Assembly (NCBI RefSeq): GCF_000143415.4
Contig: NW_003314306.1
Location: forward strand, 124,001-188,000
Length of the DNA: 64,000 bases
From: Selaginella moellendorffii
Lineage: Eukaryota > Plantae > Lycopodiophyta
Direction: 5' to 3'
Positions 50,695-63,599 of the stretch are shown here, piece by piece; the first letter of the stretch is position 1; every line of letters begins with the position of its first letter. The position numbers and the translations under genes are program-made. A model generated the notes under the pieces. It was not told the origin of the DNA. It made no database searches and saw only the letters and a program-made list of their open reading frames with translations.

Positions 50695-51955
50695 ATGGCA
50701 GCAGCTCAGACACTCCAGCCAGCTTCAGTTCCTTCGGTCCACAATATTCCCATTTCAGGGGCAAGCACCAACGTTGGCTCCCTTGCGAAAGCTTTGCAAG
50801 GCACAGAGACCATTCCGGAGGTGTTCTTGCTTCCTGAGTCGGAGCGTGTCACAGTGCCTCACGATGGTTACTCCGAGCAGGTGTCCCTGCCAGTTGTGGA
50901 CCTCGGGGAACTGTTGCTGCCGGAGTGTTCCGAGGAGTCGAGGAAGAGAATTGCTCGGGAAGTTGCGGAGGCCAGCAGCGAGTGGGGATTCTTTCAGGTG
51001 GCTGGCCACGGCATCCCTCTGGAGCTGCTGGAAAGAGTGAGAACTCAAGGACGAGCGTTCTTTTCACTGCCTGCCGAAGACAAGGAGAAAGCATCGCTCG
51101 GTCTCTTCCAGGGATACGAAGGCAGGCACGGCTTCATTCCAACTCGCGTCCCGTGGTCCGAGACTTTCACTTTGCTAATTGCTCCAACTTCCAACGTGGT
51201 GCCGATAGTTGAGAAGTTATGGCCAGATGGAAACTCGGAGCTCAGGTACTTCAGTTATCTCTCTTCTATTTACAGTTTCCCGCTCGTTGATCACCTCATT
51301 CTCGCAGCTCCACCATCATGGACTACGGCAACGAACTCCACTGCCTCGGGGTCAAGATCCTGGAGCTTTTAGCCGAGAGCCTGGACTTGGACCAGGATTT
51401 CTTCAGCAAGAACTTCAAATCCAAGCACTCCGCCGGGATGAGAATGAACTTCTATCCACCGTGTCCGCAGCCGTCCATGGCACTCGGTCTGGGAGCCCAC
51501 GCCGACCCAAACTGCCTGACAATGCTCTACCAAGACGAAGTCGGTGGCCTCCAGATCCAAAAGGACGACAAATGGATAGCCGTCAAGCCCGATGTCGACT
51601 CACTGGTCCTAAACATTGGAGATAGCCTCCAGGTAAACCAAGTTATTCTCTTCTTTAACTTCTCGCTCGTTACTGCTTTCTCTTTCAGGCGTGGAGCAAT
51701 GGCAGGTTTCGCAGCGTCCAGCACCGCGCTGTTGTGAATGGCAATAACGCTCGTTTGTCCGTTGCCTTCTTCTACAGCCCGGACGACAGTGTATCCATGG
51801 AGGTTCCAGCGCAGCTCGTGGACGAAGCCCATCCACTGCTCTACAGGCCCTTCACTTGGGCAGAGTATTTGCAGCAGATTAGAACCAAGCGGATGCGCGG
51901 CAAAGGTGGCCTGGACACGTTCATGAAGATCTCAGACGAGAGCAAGACCGACTAA
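50695..51955 (+). CDS. 2-oxoglutarate/Fe(II) dioxygenase, GA20-oxidase-like
   Basis: LPVVDL, WGFFQVAGHGI, VPWSETF (cf. LPWKET), NFYPPCPQP, H-A-D, SVQHRAVVN, RLS. Exons 50695-51245, 51309-51632, 51689-51955. Confidence 0.9.
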
Positions 51956-52189
51956 AAGGAAACCTCAACGCAAATGTCTAGTTTTATCTTTTTATGAATG
52001 ACAGATCTAAGCATTATATGGACGAGTGCATCTGAAAATAAAGCGTGGTCCCCACGACAGCCAGGCCAGAGACTATTCACACGAATTTTCCGTGTGATTC
52101 AGGACCACAAAAGATTTATCACGTATGACAACAACATTCCATCCGTGTCCACTACATTTTTTTTATATATATATATTTGAGGTAATCCA

Positions 52190-52995
52190 AGATGCTACAA
52201 GAAGTGGCACCAAAACCATAATATCTTACAAGCTTTTACAATTTGTTCCTGGAATGCAAAAGGCACTATAGCAATTGCCATAAAGGGTCACAAGGAAGAT
52301 GATTTTACATTCAGCTTAGTTAATTATCAATGCAAGTTCATTCATTGTAAGCAATAAAGGATTATAACAATGGAATTAATAAGGAACGGAAGCCAGAAGT
52401 TCCATTCATTCATGGTGAAGATAACCAGTTAACCAGCGCATAAGGTTGAACATGCATCCATTACATAAAGCACAGTGCTGGTCAGCCATCTTCACCATGA
52501 ATGAAACAGGAACAGGCTCTAGGAGATTTCTCCAGGCCTCCTCCAGCAGGATGTTTCACTCCGCTTCCACCCTCGATCACTGCACAACATGGTGCTACCA
52601 TTGGATTGGACTCGGCTCCGCCCTGGATGATCTTGTCGTGGATGTCTCTCAGATCTTCCAGCCTCTAGCACGCGTTTAGAGCCGTGATCTTGTTTGGAGC
52701 CACGCCGTGTAGCTGCATGGTTTGGAAGATCTTGAGAGCTTCCTTGGCCACGCCACTGTGCTCGGCGATGGTTTCGGTCCACAAAGTCACATCCGGTTCC
52801 ACCAGTGCTTTGCTCGCATCCATCATGCTGCCGCACTTGAGGTACATCTTGACGATGTTCTTCCCGAGGAAGGCATCGAGCTCCAGTCTGTAATTTCACG
52901 TGGAGCTCTTGGGCTTCGCAGAGTGCCCGGTGCTCGCCACAAAAGTTTGCTACTGGAGCATACTCGCCAACCATCTAGAGAGCTTACCAAGTTCC
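52190..52995 (-). pseudogene. Internally deleted duplicate of the PPR gene (59417-61163) and its 3' flank
   Basis: 52200-52590 matches 58804-59200; 52591-52992 matches 60560-61003 with small deletions; about 1.36 kb is missing. Confidence 0.9.
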
Positions 52996-53017
52996 TTAAC
53001 TGCCTTCCGAACTTCCA

Positions 53018-53496
53018 GGCAGGCATGGCTTCATTCCAACTCGCGTCCCGTGGTCCGAGACTTTCACTTTGCAAATTGCTCCAACTTCCAACGTGGTGCC
53101 GATAGTTAAGAAGTTATGGCCAGATGGAAACTCGGAGCTCAGGTACCTCAGTTATCTCTCTTCTAGTTCAGTTTCCCACTCGTTAATCATCTCATTCTCG
53201 CAGCTCCACCATCATGGACTACGGCAACGAACTCCACTGCCTCGGGGTCAAGATCCTGGAGCTTTTAGCCGAGAGCCTGGACTTGGACCAGGATTTCTTC
53301 AGCAAGAACTTCAAATCCAAGCACTCCGCCGGGATGAGAATGAACTTCTATCCACCGTGTCCGCAGCCGTCCATGGCACTCGGTCTAGGAGCTCACGCGG
53401 ACCCAAACTGCCTGAAAATGCTCGACCAAGACGACGTCGGGGCCTCCAGACCCAAAAGGACGACAAATGGATAGCCGTCAAGCCCAACATCGACTC
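53018..53496 (+). pseudogene. Partial duplicate of the 2OG dioxygenase
   Basis: Near-identical to 51121-51601 including intron 1; frameshift near 53440; ends at the Copia LTR. Confidence 0.92.
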
Positions 53497-54778
53497 TGAT
53501 AAGGATGAACAGGCTCTCGTTCATCACGAGAGGCTACAAAACCGCCTGAGAGCTCTGGAGAATATGCTATGCCAGCATATTCATATCACTCCCACTTGAG
53601 CACTAAGGTGCTCGCTCAAGGAGCTCTCTCATGCCAAGTGCTTGTACGTGTCGCTGGAACAGTAACGCCTTGGTAAAAATATCTGCAACCTGCTTTGTTG
53701 GATGAGCTCCAAAACATGCTGGTTCACTTGATCTCAAATATAATGGAACTGCACCTGGATATGTTTGGTACGCCCATGGCACCTGGGATTCATGGTGAGT
53801 GCGATAGCACCCTGGTTATCGCAAAAGGTAACTGTTGGCGCTAGCTGATGCCGTCCAAAAGTTGTCGTAGCTAGCAACATTCCTTAGGATAACGCTATAA
53901 TTGACTGTCGCTTGCTGCACCATGTGAGAGTGCCACTGCCGAGACTAAAAATATAATCTGAGGTGTATTTGCGCTGCTCAACCTCGCCTGCAAAGGCAGC
54001 ATCTGTGAAGCCATACCTGCTGGGACTTTGGAGTACGTGAGTGCATAATGTGTGGTCCCCTTCAAGTAGCGAAAGATGCATTTGACTGCCAACCAATGAG
54101 GAATCCTTGAGTCTTGAGAAACTGGGACACTGCTCCCACTAAAAAAGCCAAATCTGGCTGTGTGCAGACCATCAGGTGAATTAAGGTGCCAACCATCTAT
54201 GGGTACAGTATCTGCTTCATCTTCTTGCATTCCTCAACTGTTTGTGAGACTTGATCTTTGCTGAGATGGAGGCCAGCTTCCATAGGAGTTTATGCTTCAT
54301 TCAGCTCAGCAAGATGAAACCTCCAAGATATTGTCAACATACTTTTGCTGAGATAATTGTATGATGCCAGCTTGCCTGTCGTGTATAATCTTGATCCCCA
54401 AAAAATATTTCACTGATCCAAGATCCATCATCTTAAATTATGCTTATAGCTCATGCTTAAGCTTCTGTTAAGCTACATGAGTTGGACTGACTGTTCACAT
54501 AGCTTGAATTTAAACTTTTCGAAAGGTTATTTAATATAGTATAATTCAAACCTAATTCCAGGATAGCTATGCTTGATCTATCATAGCTTCTAGACTTAAA
54601 TCTCCATTCTCTCTTGTCTAAGTTGTTCCCAGCCAATATATAAAATATCCAAGAATATTTTAGATATATCTATTACCATCAATTAATAAATTATAAAATA
54701 ATAAATGTATTCCTCTTATTTATATAGAATAATATTTAAGCATGTTTAATGAGGTGAGAATATTATTTATGTGAGGGC

Positions 54779-54933
54779 CAAGTGTACAACTACAATGCTG
54801 TATACTAATATTAGCGTAGTGGGATTTTGGTAACCGTTGGATTGGTTTCAATCTGGACCACTCGCTCCTATATATAAGCTAGGGTTTTTGGGCTAATTGA
54901 TATGCACATTTTCTGTATTCCCTTTCCATATTC
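54779..54933. repeat. Dispersed ~150-bp repeat, copy 2 (less decayed)
   Basis: Aligns with 22841-22990. Confidence 0.8.
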
Positions 54934-55212
54934 AAAGCACTCACATTAGTGGAGGTGAGGGGCATCTTTGATTATCCTTAGGGAAATATTTATTTATTTA
55001 TCTATATGTGTGTATATCTATAATAAGCCAACTGATGCTAAAGTGCAATAAAGTATTATTAGTACTTCATTTTCTCTAACTTTATTCTCTAGATATTATT
55101 ATATCCACCATAGTAAAACAAATATAACAACTGTTAAAGTTTTAATTTTAAATTTTTTATTTAAAAATAATTATAAATAATAATACCTAATCATAAATTA
55201 ATATCTATAATC

Positions 55213-55545
55213 ATGAATTATTATTTATTAGTTTTAGTTATATTAAATTTTACAATTGGTATATTATCTGATGAGCCATGTGGTGGATGGATTAATACTT
55301 GTAAAATTCTAACACTTGAGCCTTTATACTTAAGTGTTAGTGTAAGTTGTAAAAAAATTGATAAATCTTGGCATCCATCCATTTTTGTAATTGGTCTTTG
55401 TAGTTATGAAATTTTATATTGTAATTTGTATCCAGAAAGGAAAGAAAATAATTTAATTTGTCATGATTCTCAAGGACAGGAACTTGAACTTAATAAACTT
55501 GCAGGAAATAATGATGGGCATGTTATTTGTTGCTCACCTCCATAA
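55213..55545 (+). CDS. Small secreted Cys-rich protein, cyanovirin-N-homolog (CVNH)-like
   Basis: 110-aa ATG-to-TAA ORF in very AT-rich DNA; signal peptide; TCKILTL..SCKKIDKSWHPS and LELNKLAGNNDGHVIC resemble CVNH motifs. Confidence 0.55.
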   Translation: MNYYLLVLVILNFTIGILSDEPCGGWINTCKILTLEPLYLSVSVSCKKIDKSWHPSIFVIGLCSYEILYCNLYPERKENNLICHDSQGQELELNKLAGNNDGHVICCSPP

Positions 55546-55878
55546 CAAGAGCCAACATTATTTTCTCCATAATATTTAGTATTTGTATTTATTTATAATT
55601 ATTTTATAAGATTATTTTTACATTTACTAATTTTAAATAATTTTATATCTATATAAGGTTTTTAAATAATTATATATATTACAAATGTTTATTTTTTTTA
55701 ATAATAGTTTCTAGTATGGTAAGCAGTTTGTGATGATAGTTTTTAGGAAGAGGTACACCTCCCAAAAAGGGAAGTACTTGTAGTTTGGCAAAAAATTATA
55801 CAAACCTATAAAATTTATAAAATATAAACACATATGTGGTTGAATTGTTATAACACATATGTATGTATGTATGTATGT

Positions 55879-55956
55879 ATAAGGTTTAATGAACTTCTCA
55901 CAGCGTCGCCGGTGGCGAACCGTTAGCATCGCTGCAATCTGAACACTTCACCAGAT

Positions 55957-56016
<60 letters not shown>
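55879..56016 (-). pseudogene. 18S rRNA 3'-region fragment (138 bp)
   Basis: Reverse complement contains GACTACGTCCCTGCCCTTTGTACACACCGCCCGTCGCTCCTACCGATTGAATG; flanked by (TATG)n and (TA)n. Confidence 0.92.
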
Positions 56017-59000
56017 CTTTATATATATATATAAAATATTTGTATTAATTCCCCAAGCAATAGTGTATCAGAGGCTAGAATGTTTCTTTTTAAACAAATC
56101 TTTCAAACTTAATTTTGTGATGGGAAGGAGGTAAGAAATATTTTTTCTCTATAATTTTTCAATTTTTCACTTTTAAATGTTATTTATGATGTCCACAATC
56201 ATATCCTCTAAAATGATCTAGCTTGGGACATATACAAACTTTTATTTTACATCATACTTTCTAAATGCCATAGCAGCTTTGCTTATGAAAAATAGAAGAA
56301 AGTTTAAAATCTTCCTCTAAATAAACTTCTTTCAAATACAAATCTTTTTATTGTAACTCCATTAGAAATCATCTCATATTTATCTAGTTTTTTCTTCTGC
56401 ACTTAATGCAAAACTGCAAGATAAGATATTGCATGATGCTACCAATTGCAATTCCTCTCACTAGACTGATCTTGTGTACTCTCTTCCAATGGTATGCATT
56501 TGATAATCTTGCCACCCAAGCTGTATCATCACTTTCTCATTTTAATAAATGGTTTCCACTTTTTCCTTCCTTTGATCAATTTAGGCTTTATATACATTAC
56601 TTGTTTCATGTATGTTTCTTATGCTCTTGGAATGTTGAATATATTGATGGATAGAGTGATCAATCAAATTTGTTATTATCAAGATGATATGAATGAGGTT
56701 GTTGGAGAGATGGGGGAGAAGTTGAGTATGCTATGGTGTGGATTCATGAGCACATCAAACCTCTAATAGTATTATTTAGATACATGATTATTCTAATTTT
56801 ATATCAATTGTTACTAAAATATCCAAGCATATTTAAGCTCTATTTCGTTAAAGTGGGAATTGTCATTATCCCACTTGTAAAATAAGGTTTTCAAACCTTT
56901 ATATAGTATATAAATATAACAAAATTCAACTGCATTGAGGCACATGCCATTTTATTTTAAACAAGGAAATGTCTACTTAATCACTTCTCCTCCCCCTGCC
57001 ACTGCTTCACCTCTCTCTTCTCCTTGTTATTGTCGTCTAATTTCTTTCCATCCTTTTAATATTGGCTCAGTTGCTCCAAGTCTAGGTGGAGCCCAAGTCC
57101 CCATTTAATCTTTACTTTCCCCTTATTAATAAAACAACTTCGTAGACTTCCAATAACATGCTGTAACACTTCTAGTATAATGCAAATCCTCTCAAAGAAT
57201 TGTCTTTTAATATTAATACAATGGCATGGAACCCATGCCATAATAAGTTACATTTTTAAATAAATACATGCCATCTCAGACTGTTATTTTTTGCCTCCAA
57301 CACCTATACAATAATCTTGGAATTTCATCAATCTCCACACTATCAGGATTTAAACCCAATAGTAATTAAAGAGAATGACTCTTAAGAGATTTATAAGAAA
57401 ATGAAAAATAATGCATCTTTTTTTCCAGGGTAACCATCTTTTTTTCCAGGTCTACAAAAGTCACAAAATAGAGCTTCTTCTCTCGAGAAAGTATTGGCAT
57501 CATACACACCTCACAGTGGATGAGCTTTAAACTCTCGGTAGCTCTTGTAGCAGCACCAGCCTTGAAAGGAAATTGTGCTGCTTCGAGAGAACGCACGGCT
57601 CACAAAACCTCAGCTTCTGAGAAGTGATGTGAAGACCGTCAACCATGCCTGAACTCGCGAGTTGTTCAATATCCGGCAATGGCATGTCTGGAGGTCAACC
57701 GCATGCTGAGAACCTGCAAAAAAGAAGCTGCTCGCTAGTTCGCAATCACGATCTGTGATTCTTCCAACGGAGAAGAGTGTCTTCTTGACACCAGGAACGT
57801 AGTAGACTCCACTGACTGCTACAGCCTGTCCTGTGGCAAGTCGAACCTTGATCGTACCCACTCCACACACGCTGTGTGAATAGTCATCGCCGAGGTAAAT
57901 TCGCTTCCCGTCTGGAACTTCTTATAAATGCGAGAAAAGGCTTTGGAGATAAAGTACCCAACACTCCAAGAACAGCATATGGACAGAGCCATGAACAAGC
58001 TGCCATTACTGACAGCATCTTGCTCTGTTCGTGCGTAATTGGCGACTTGCTTCCTCTTCCTGATTTCCTTCCGGATCTTGGCCACTTCAGTCCCGGGCAA
58101 AGTGTCCTGGCTTTTTACAGATATTACAGAGACCGTTATATTTGCGCTTCTTGTTTCTCTTTCGCTCGTTTTGTCCTTGCGTTCTTTGGCAGCACCCTCC
58201 TGGCGCGGAGACCTTGGCCTGAGACCTCCTAACAAGGTTTCCAGCGCTAACATCTCGTTAACGATCTCGTGGCCACATGTCCAGACTCCAGTGGCAGCAA
58301 GTTGAAACGCTGTTGGAATGCCCTCCGTGACAAGGTCGCTGTCGTCCACTTTGGTGGAAGATTAAAGGGTGTCTATCTGCTTCGCATCCTTCAACGACTT
58401 GCATAAGCTTGGATTGACTCATCCTTCTTCTTGACCATGTTGCCAATCTTGGTTTTCATCTCAATTACGTTGGTCTTGTTGGTTCAGCTAAACTGTCAGG
58501 GATGTGTCAAGGTGACACCGATAGATCTTCCCCACTACACGTCCAAGGATTCCAAGAGCTAGAGTGTTTTGTCTATTCCACTCTTTCTCGGCTGCAACCT
58601 CTGTCGCTGCTGGTCCCAGAGACTATGCCCCAAAGAAAAACTGCATCTGAGTTTGCCATCCATGGACGTCTCTGGGCAGAGATTTCAATGGATGGCGAAC
58701 TCAGATGCAGTTTTAATACCATCAAAAGCTTCCAAAATGTCTTTAGCTGCAGGAGAGAGCTCTAGAGAATGATAAGCTAGCATATTCGTATCAGATTTCT
58801 TTTAGAAGTGGCAAACCATAACATCTTACAAGCTTTTACAATTTGCTCTTGGAATGCAGAAGGCATTATAGTAATTGGCATGAAAGGCTATATTTTACAT
58901 TTAGCTAATTAGTCATCAGTGCAAATTTATCCATTGTATGTAATAAACAACTGTAGCAATGGAGCTAAAAAGAGAAGATATGGAGGCAATTAAACCTCTC

Positions 59001-59416
59001 AAAAGTTTTATTCATTCATGGTGAACATAGTTGACTAGCACGTAAGATCAAGCATGTATCCATTACCTTCCTCATGGTAAAGCACAATGCTAGTCAGCCA
59101 TCTTCACCATGAATGAAACAGGAACAGGCTCTGGGAGATTTCTCCAGGTCTCCTCCAACAGGATGTTCACTCCGCTTCCACCCTCGATCACTGCACAACA
59201 TATATAAACTCAACATCTATACATGGAGAGCGTAAATCTGTGATGACTTGCCATGAATTTACAATCACTTCCCTGCTGTGGCCCTTCATGGCAATTGCCA
59301 TGGCCTTCCACATAGCTGAATCCACGCCTTATCAGATATTTTTGAATTTGGATCTGGCTCATCTTGAGCCGTTCACCATTGTTTTCATCAAAGAAAAATG
59401 GAAAGATTATAAACTT

Positions 59417-61163
59417 CTAAGGAGCATAAACACTGGACAAGACCACATACCCGGACTCCCACCCCGGATCCAGCTCAAGAACACGCTCTCCGGCATGCAA
59501 GCCCACACGAACGGCATCGTCTCGCTCTCGACAAGCCCGGAGCAAGGCCATCCACGCCTCCTGATCCGGCTCCACTGGCATCCTCTCCACGAGCTCCTCT
59601 GCATCGCCAACTTCACCCGATCGCCCAAACAAATCCACAACGCAGCCGTAGTGCTGGCCTAGCGGCGTCAATCCATAGTCCTGGATCATCGACGCGAAGT
59701 ACGTGATCGCCCTGTAGAGCAGCCCCCGGTGGCTACACGCCGATAGAACGGACAGGAAAGTTACCGGGCTTGGAGCAAATCCCGACTGTTGCATCTCCTC
59801 GAAGAGCTCCAGCGCCTGCGAGACGCGGTTGTGATGAGCGTAGGCCGCGATGATCGACGACCAGGTGATCACGCTCCTCTCCTCCATCGCCTCGAAGATC
59901 TCCCGAGCTCGCCCAAGCATCCCGGACTTTCCATACGAGTTTACCAGCGCCGTGGCCACGTCCACGTCGTGCTCGAAACCAGCGATAGCGGCTTGGAGCT
60001 GCTCGAGCTCCTTCTGTGAAGCTCGCCCGGATGATCCGTCCAGCACCGCTGTGAAGGTGATCCTGCCGGGCTTGACGCCACTCTGGTGCATTCTCGTGAT
60101 GATCTCCAGCGAGTCTTTGAGGCTTCCTCGCCGCGCATGAGCTTCAGCTATGGCGGTGTACAGAACCTCATCTATGGATGCCTCTGCCACCTTTTGAAAG
60201 ACAGCTTTCGCAGCTTCCAAATCGCCACACTTGCTATACATGCTGATCAAGCCCGTGGAGATGTCGATCATCGCAGAGCCCAGGCCAGTTTCTTCGATCA
60301 TCCTGTGAACCAGAAAGCCGGTTTTGAGCGCTCTCTCGTCCTGGCACGAATCGAGCATGGCGAGGAATGTGATCTTGTCCGGAGTGATCCCTTCCATTTG
60401 CATCCGCTGGAAGAGCCCGAGTGATTCCTCGTGGAGGCCATCTTTCGCATAGGCCGCCACCATCACGTTATAGACGAACACGTCTGGATCGCGGACCTTG
60501 TCGAAAACTTGCCGGGCTTTCCCAGAGCTCGAAAACTTGGAGTACCTGTGGATGATCGTGGTCGCCACCATTGGATTGGACTCGGCTCCGCCTTGGACGA
60601 TCTTGTCGTGGATGTCTCCCAGATCTTCCAGCCTCGAGCACGCGTTAAGAGCCGCGAGGAATGTGATTTTGTTTGGAGCCACGCCATTTAGCTGCATGGT
60701 TTGGAAGATCCTGAGAGCTTCCTTGGCCATGCCGCGCTTGGTGTGCTCGGCGATGGTTTCCGTCCACAAAATCACGTCCGGTTCCACCATTTCTTGCAGT
60801 GTTTTGCTCGCATCCATCACGCTGCCGCACTTGAGATACATCTTGACGATGTTCTTGCCGAGGAAAGCGTCGAGCTCCAGTCTGTGATGGATGGCTTTCG
60901 CGTGGAGCTCTTGGGCTTCGCGGAGTGCCCGGTGCTCGCCGCAAAAGTATGCCACTCGAGCATACTCGCCAGCGCTAGCGTCCCCATCGAGAGAGCTTAC
61001 CAAGCTCTTTAGTTCGTGTCGACTTGGATAGTGGCTTAGATCTTCGCTTGTGAAACGCGGCCTTGGAAGAGCTGCGAAGGAAGGAGTGTGTGAAAATTGC
61101 GAGAAAAGCTAATGAATTGTTCTACTCACCTGGAATAGTTGAGCTGAGAAGATGCTTCTCCAT
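59417..61163 (-). CDS. PLS-class pentatricopeptide repeat protein with E domain, no DYW
   Basis: Repeats such as PNKITFLAALNACS, TALVNSYGKSGMLGRAREIFEAM, HYGCVVDLFGRSG, AWMALLRAC, GYVVLSSVY. Probable first exon 61163-61130 and intron 61129-61072. Confidence 0.9.
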
Positions 61164-61510
61164 ATCCAGTAGATTGATCGAGCTTGAAGAATCATACTGC
61201 GAGGCCGGAGAGAAAATCCTTCGCAATTCATGGTCTCATTCTTTCTCCACAATGAAAGAACCATCACATAGTCTCATTCCTCTCCACAATGACATATGCA
61301 TTTGAGGTAAGAGGTAGATTTGACGAGAACGTAGACCATTTCTCCTGGAAAAAGGAAATCTTTCGTTCCTAGACGAATCAAACAGCAAATCGTACCTCTT
61401 TCGAGCACTCCTAGACGAATTAGAGCTCTTTCGAGCGCGCAAAGTTTTGGCGGTGCCCAAAATGTAGGCTCTAGAACCCTAAATATTTAGGGTTCTTCGG
61501 CGCCGTTAAG

Positions 61511-62280
61511 ATGCAAGTTCTCACATTCGTTGTCTCCTCTCGCGCGATTCGCATCTAAGAAAGAAAGACTGCAAGAGCTTACCGAAAGAGTTTTCTTCAC
61601 AGATATGAGCTTGGGAGGCAGCCCGCGATGACGTTCGCGGTGGCAACTCCAATGAGTGGGAATACCCAGACGCTGGTGACGAGCGCCATCGTCCAGGTTG
61701 ATGCTACGCCCTTTCGAGCTTGGTACAACCATCACTATGGCGTCGATCTCTCACGCAAGAAGAAAGCTGCGTTCTCCAAAAAGGAAGGGGAGGTATGGTT
61801 TGTGGTTTCTTTGCTCGACGTCTAGTTCCTTTTTCTGTCGGGCCTAGTTTGCTTTGGGCCGATCGCTTGTTCTTTTGGAAGTTCTCTTTTTTCCTGGCCT
61901 AAGTTCTTGCTTATTCTTGTCGTTGTCATTCCTTTTTTCTCTTTCGCGCCTGGTTGGATTTGGATGGATTCTCCAGTAGAGTTTGAAGTTCCATTTTCTT
62001 TTTTGGTATCTGAGCTTTTGGAGCTGTGCTCAGTGAAGCAACCGGCGAGGAAGAGAAGCCAAAGAGCAAGCACACGCTGCGAAAGCTTGCCGCATCCACA
62101 CCTCGAGGAGCAAATGCCGAGTGGAAGGCTACTCGCGTGCATCGCTTCCCGGCCTGGACAGTGTGGGTAAGCAAGCTCACAACAAGAGAGTTTAGTCCAT
62201 AAAAGTGACAATTTTCTGATTTCCTTGTGTTTTAACATGAGGAAGATCCAAAAGAAAAAAAGGAAAAGCGTGAAATCTAA
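61511..62280 (+). pseudogene. RPS8: 40S ribosomal protein S8 pseudogene (intron-retaining, internally deleted)
   Basis: [72 protein letters not shown]; the conserved segments between them are missing. Confidence 0.8.
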
Positions 62281-62388
62281 ATAATCAGTGTCATCTTAAA
62301 GGTACTAACAATCTTTAGTATAATTCTGCTTTAAGATTCTCATAAACTCGCATTTGTATATGAATACTTACATTTTATGTAAATGCCA

Positions 62389-62916
62389 TCAAACGCATTG
62401 TCTAAACAGCTTCACATCAGTGATACCATCAATACCTGAAAGCTCGTCCCTCACAGCACGATATTCTATCCCAAACGCATTCAGCACAACATCCACATAC
62501 CCATACCAGCGATCCCGAGAGTAAAGTTCCTCGAGGATGGAGTGGCACATATTTACGACACTGTCAACCATGTCTTCAAACGAGTGCACTACCTGCGTCG
62601 ACGGAATCGAGCATATTCCACCCCGATCTTCAGTCCATATCTGGTTCAGCACCCGGATCTCGACGCTCACCATGACGTTTCCGGCGAGCGTAGCAACCCA
62701 CGAAAACCTATTGCCGGCTCTCACCTCGCGGCGAGGACCCAGGCCCCGTACGTGTTGTATCACTTGGGCCACAAGGTCTCTCACCTCACGTACAGTGAGC
62801 CTGTTGTAGTTCAGCAAGAACCTGAAGAGCCCATGCTGGGGTGGAGGTGCGTCGCAAGTGTTAGCCATTGCCAAGAGGAAGATCATCCACAAGAGCAAAC
62901 TCAAGAGGTTTGTCAT
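62389..62916 (-). CDS. Unknown secreted protein (175 aa, intronless)
   Basis: Signal peptide MTNLLSLLLWMIFLLAMANTCDA, open frame, a related copy at the window end. Confidence 0.65.
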   Translation of the reverse strand: MTNLLSLLLWMIFLLAMANTCDAPPPQHGLFRFLLNYNRLTVREVRDLVAQVIQHVRGLGPRREVRAGNRFSWVATLAGNVMVSVEIRVLNQIWTEDRGGICSIPSTQVVHSFEDMVDSVVNMCHSILEELYSRDRWYGYVDVVLNAFGIEYRAVRDELSGIDGITDVKLFRQCV

Positions 62917-63514
62917 CACAATCTTGAAATGTCCAAATATGAAATGCCAGAATATATAAGAAATGGTCGTATCAATTATACATTTGAGGTTTTTGTTTTT
63001 TTTTCTCTTGTTTGTTGAAATTATTCAGATTCTCCTATGCTGTTTTGCTACCTGCCAGCTTCGATCTGTCCTAGGCAATTAAAATTATCCAGATGTTGGG
63101 CTGAGGTGAAACAATCTCGATCCACCTTATACATGTTTCCTGTATTTCAATGAAATTATTCTACGTATCAATGATACATAGCAATAAGCTAATATCAATA
63201 TTCCAGTCTAGAAACAGAATAAAAAGATGGCGATAAAAAGACAAATAAATTTAAAACCATAGAAATAAACATTCAAAAAGAATACCATTCTCTACAGTAT
63301 TCTCTATTTGGATTTCTGACGCCTCATGGAGCCGGCATTGTGATCCTCTAGAAACTTTTTATTTGCCAGGTGTCCATCTTTGTATATAGGGCCTCCATTT
63401 CATTTTCTCCAATCCCATGATCCTGGATAGAGAGTGCTATATGTTTGATTTCCAAACAAGATGAGGTTATTTATGATCCAGGATCTTCTTATAAAGAGAC
63501 ATTCAACAAAAAAA

Positions 63515-63599
63515 TGGGATGAGAGAGGCTCGAACTCTCGACCTCAGGATTGCTTAGCAGCTATGAGACCTACGCGCTGACCAACTGCGCCACCATCCC
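63515..63599 (-). tRNA. tRNA-Met(CAT) elongator with 11-nt intron
   Basis: GGGATGGTGGCGCAGTTGGTCAGCGCGTAGGTCTCATA-[63561-63551]-ATCCTGAGGTCGAGAGTTCGAGCCTCTCTCATCCCA followed by a poly-T terminator. Confidence 0.96.

Larger units (their letters stand above)
53497..58793 (-). mobile_element. Decayed Ty1/Copia retrotransposon with short LTR remnants, interrupted by an AT-rich block
   Basis: Gag knuckle CNICKKPGHFARD*, VYYVPGVKKTLFSV and LYFVTFVD (57380-58450); RT/RNaseH DLGSVKYFLGI, WCSKRQSIIALS, RTKHI, QVADIFTK (53640-54470). LTR remnants ending GCATATTC.TATCA at 53497-53588 and about 58722-58793; PPT (CTCCCACTT on plus) at 53589; PBS relic about 58710. Confidence 0.8.

Noticed and set aside
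35979-51955. Possible metabolic gene cluster (hydrolase, SDR, 2OGD)
   Set aside because: No scaffold-forming enzyme, and the genes are interspersed with unrelated housekeeping genes.
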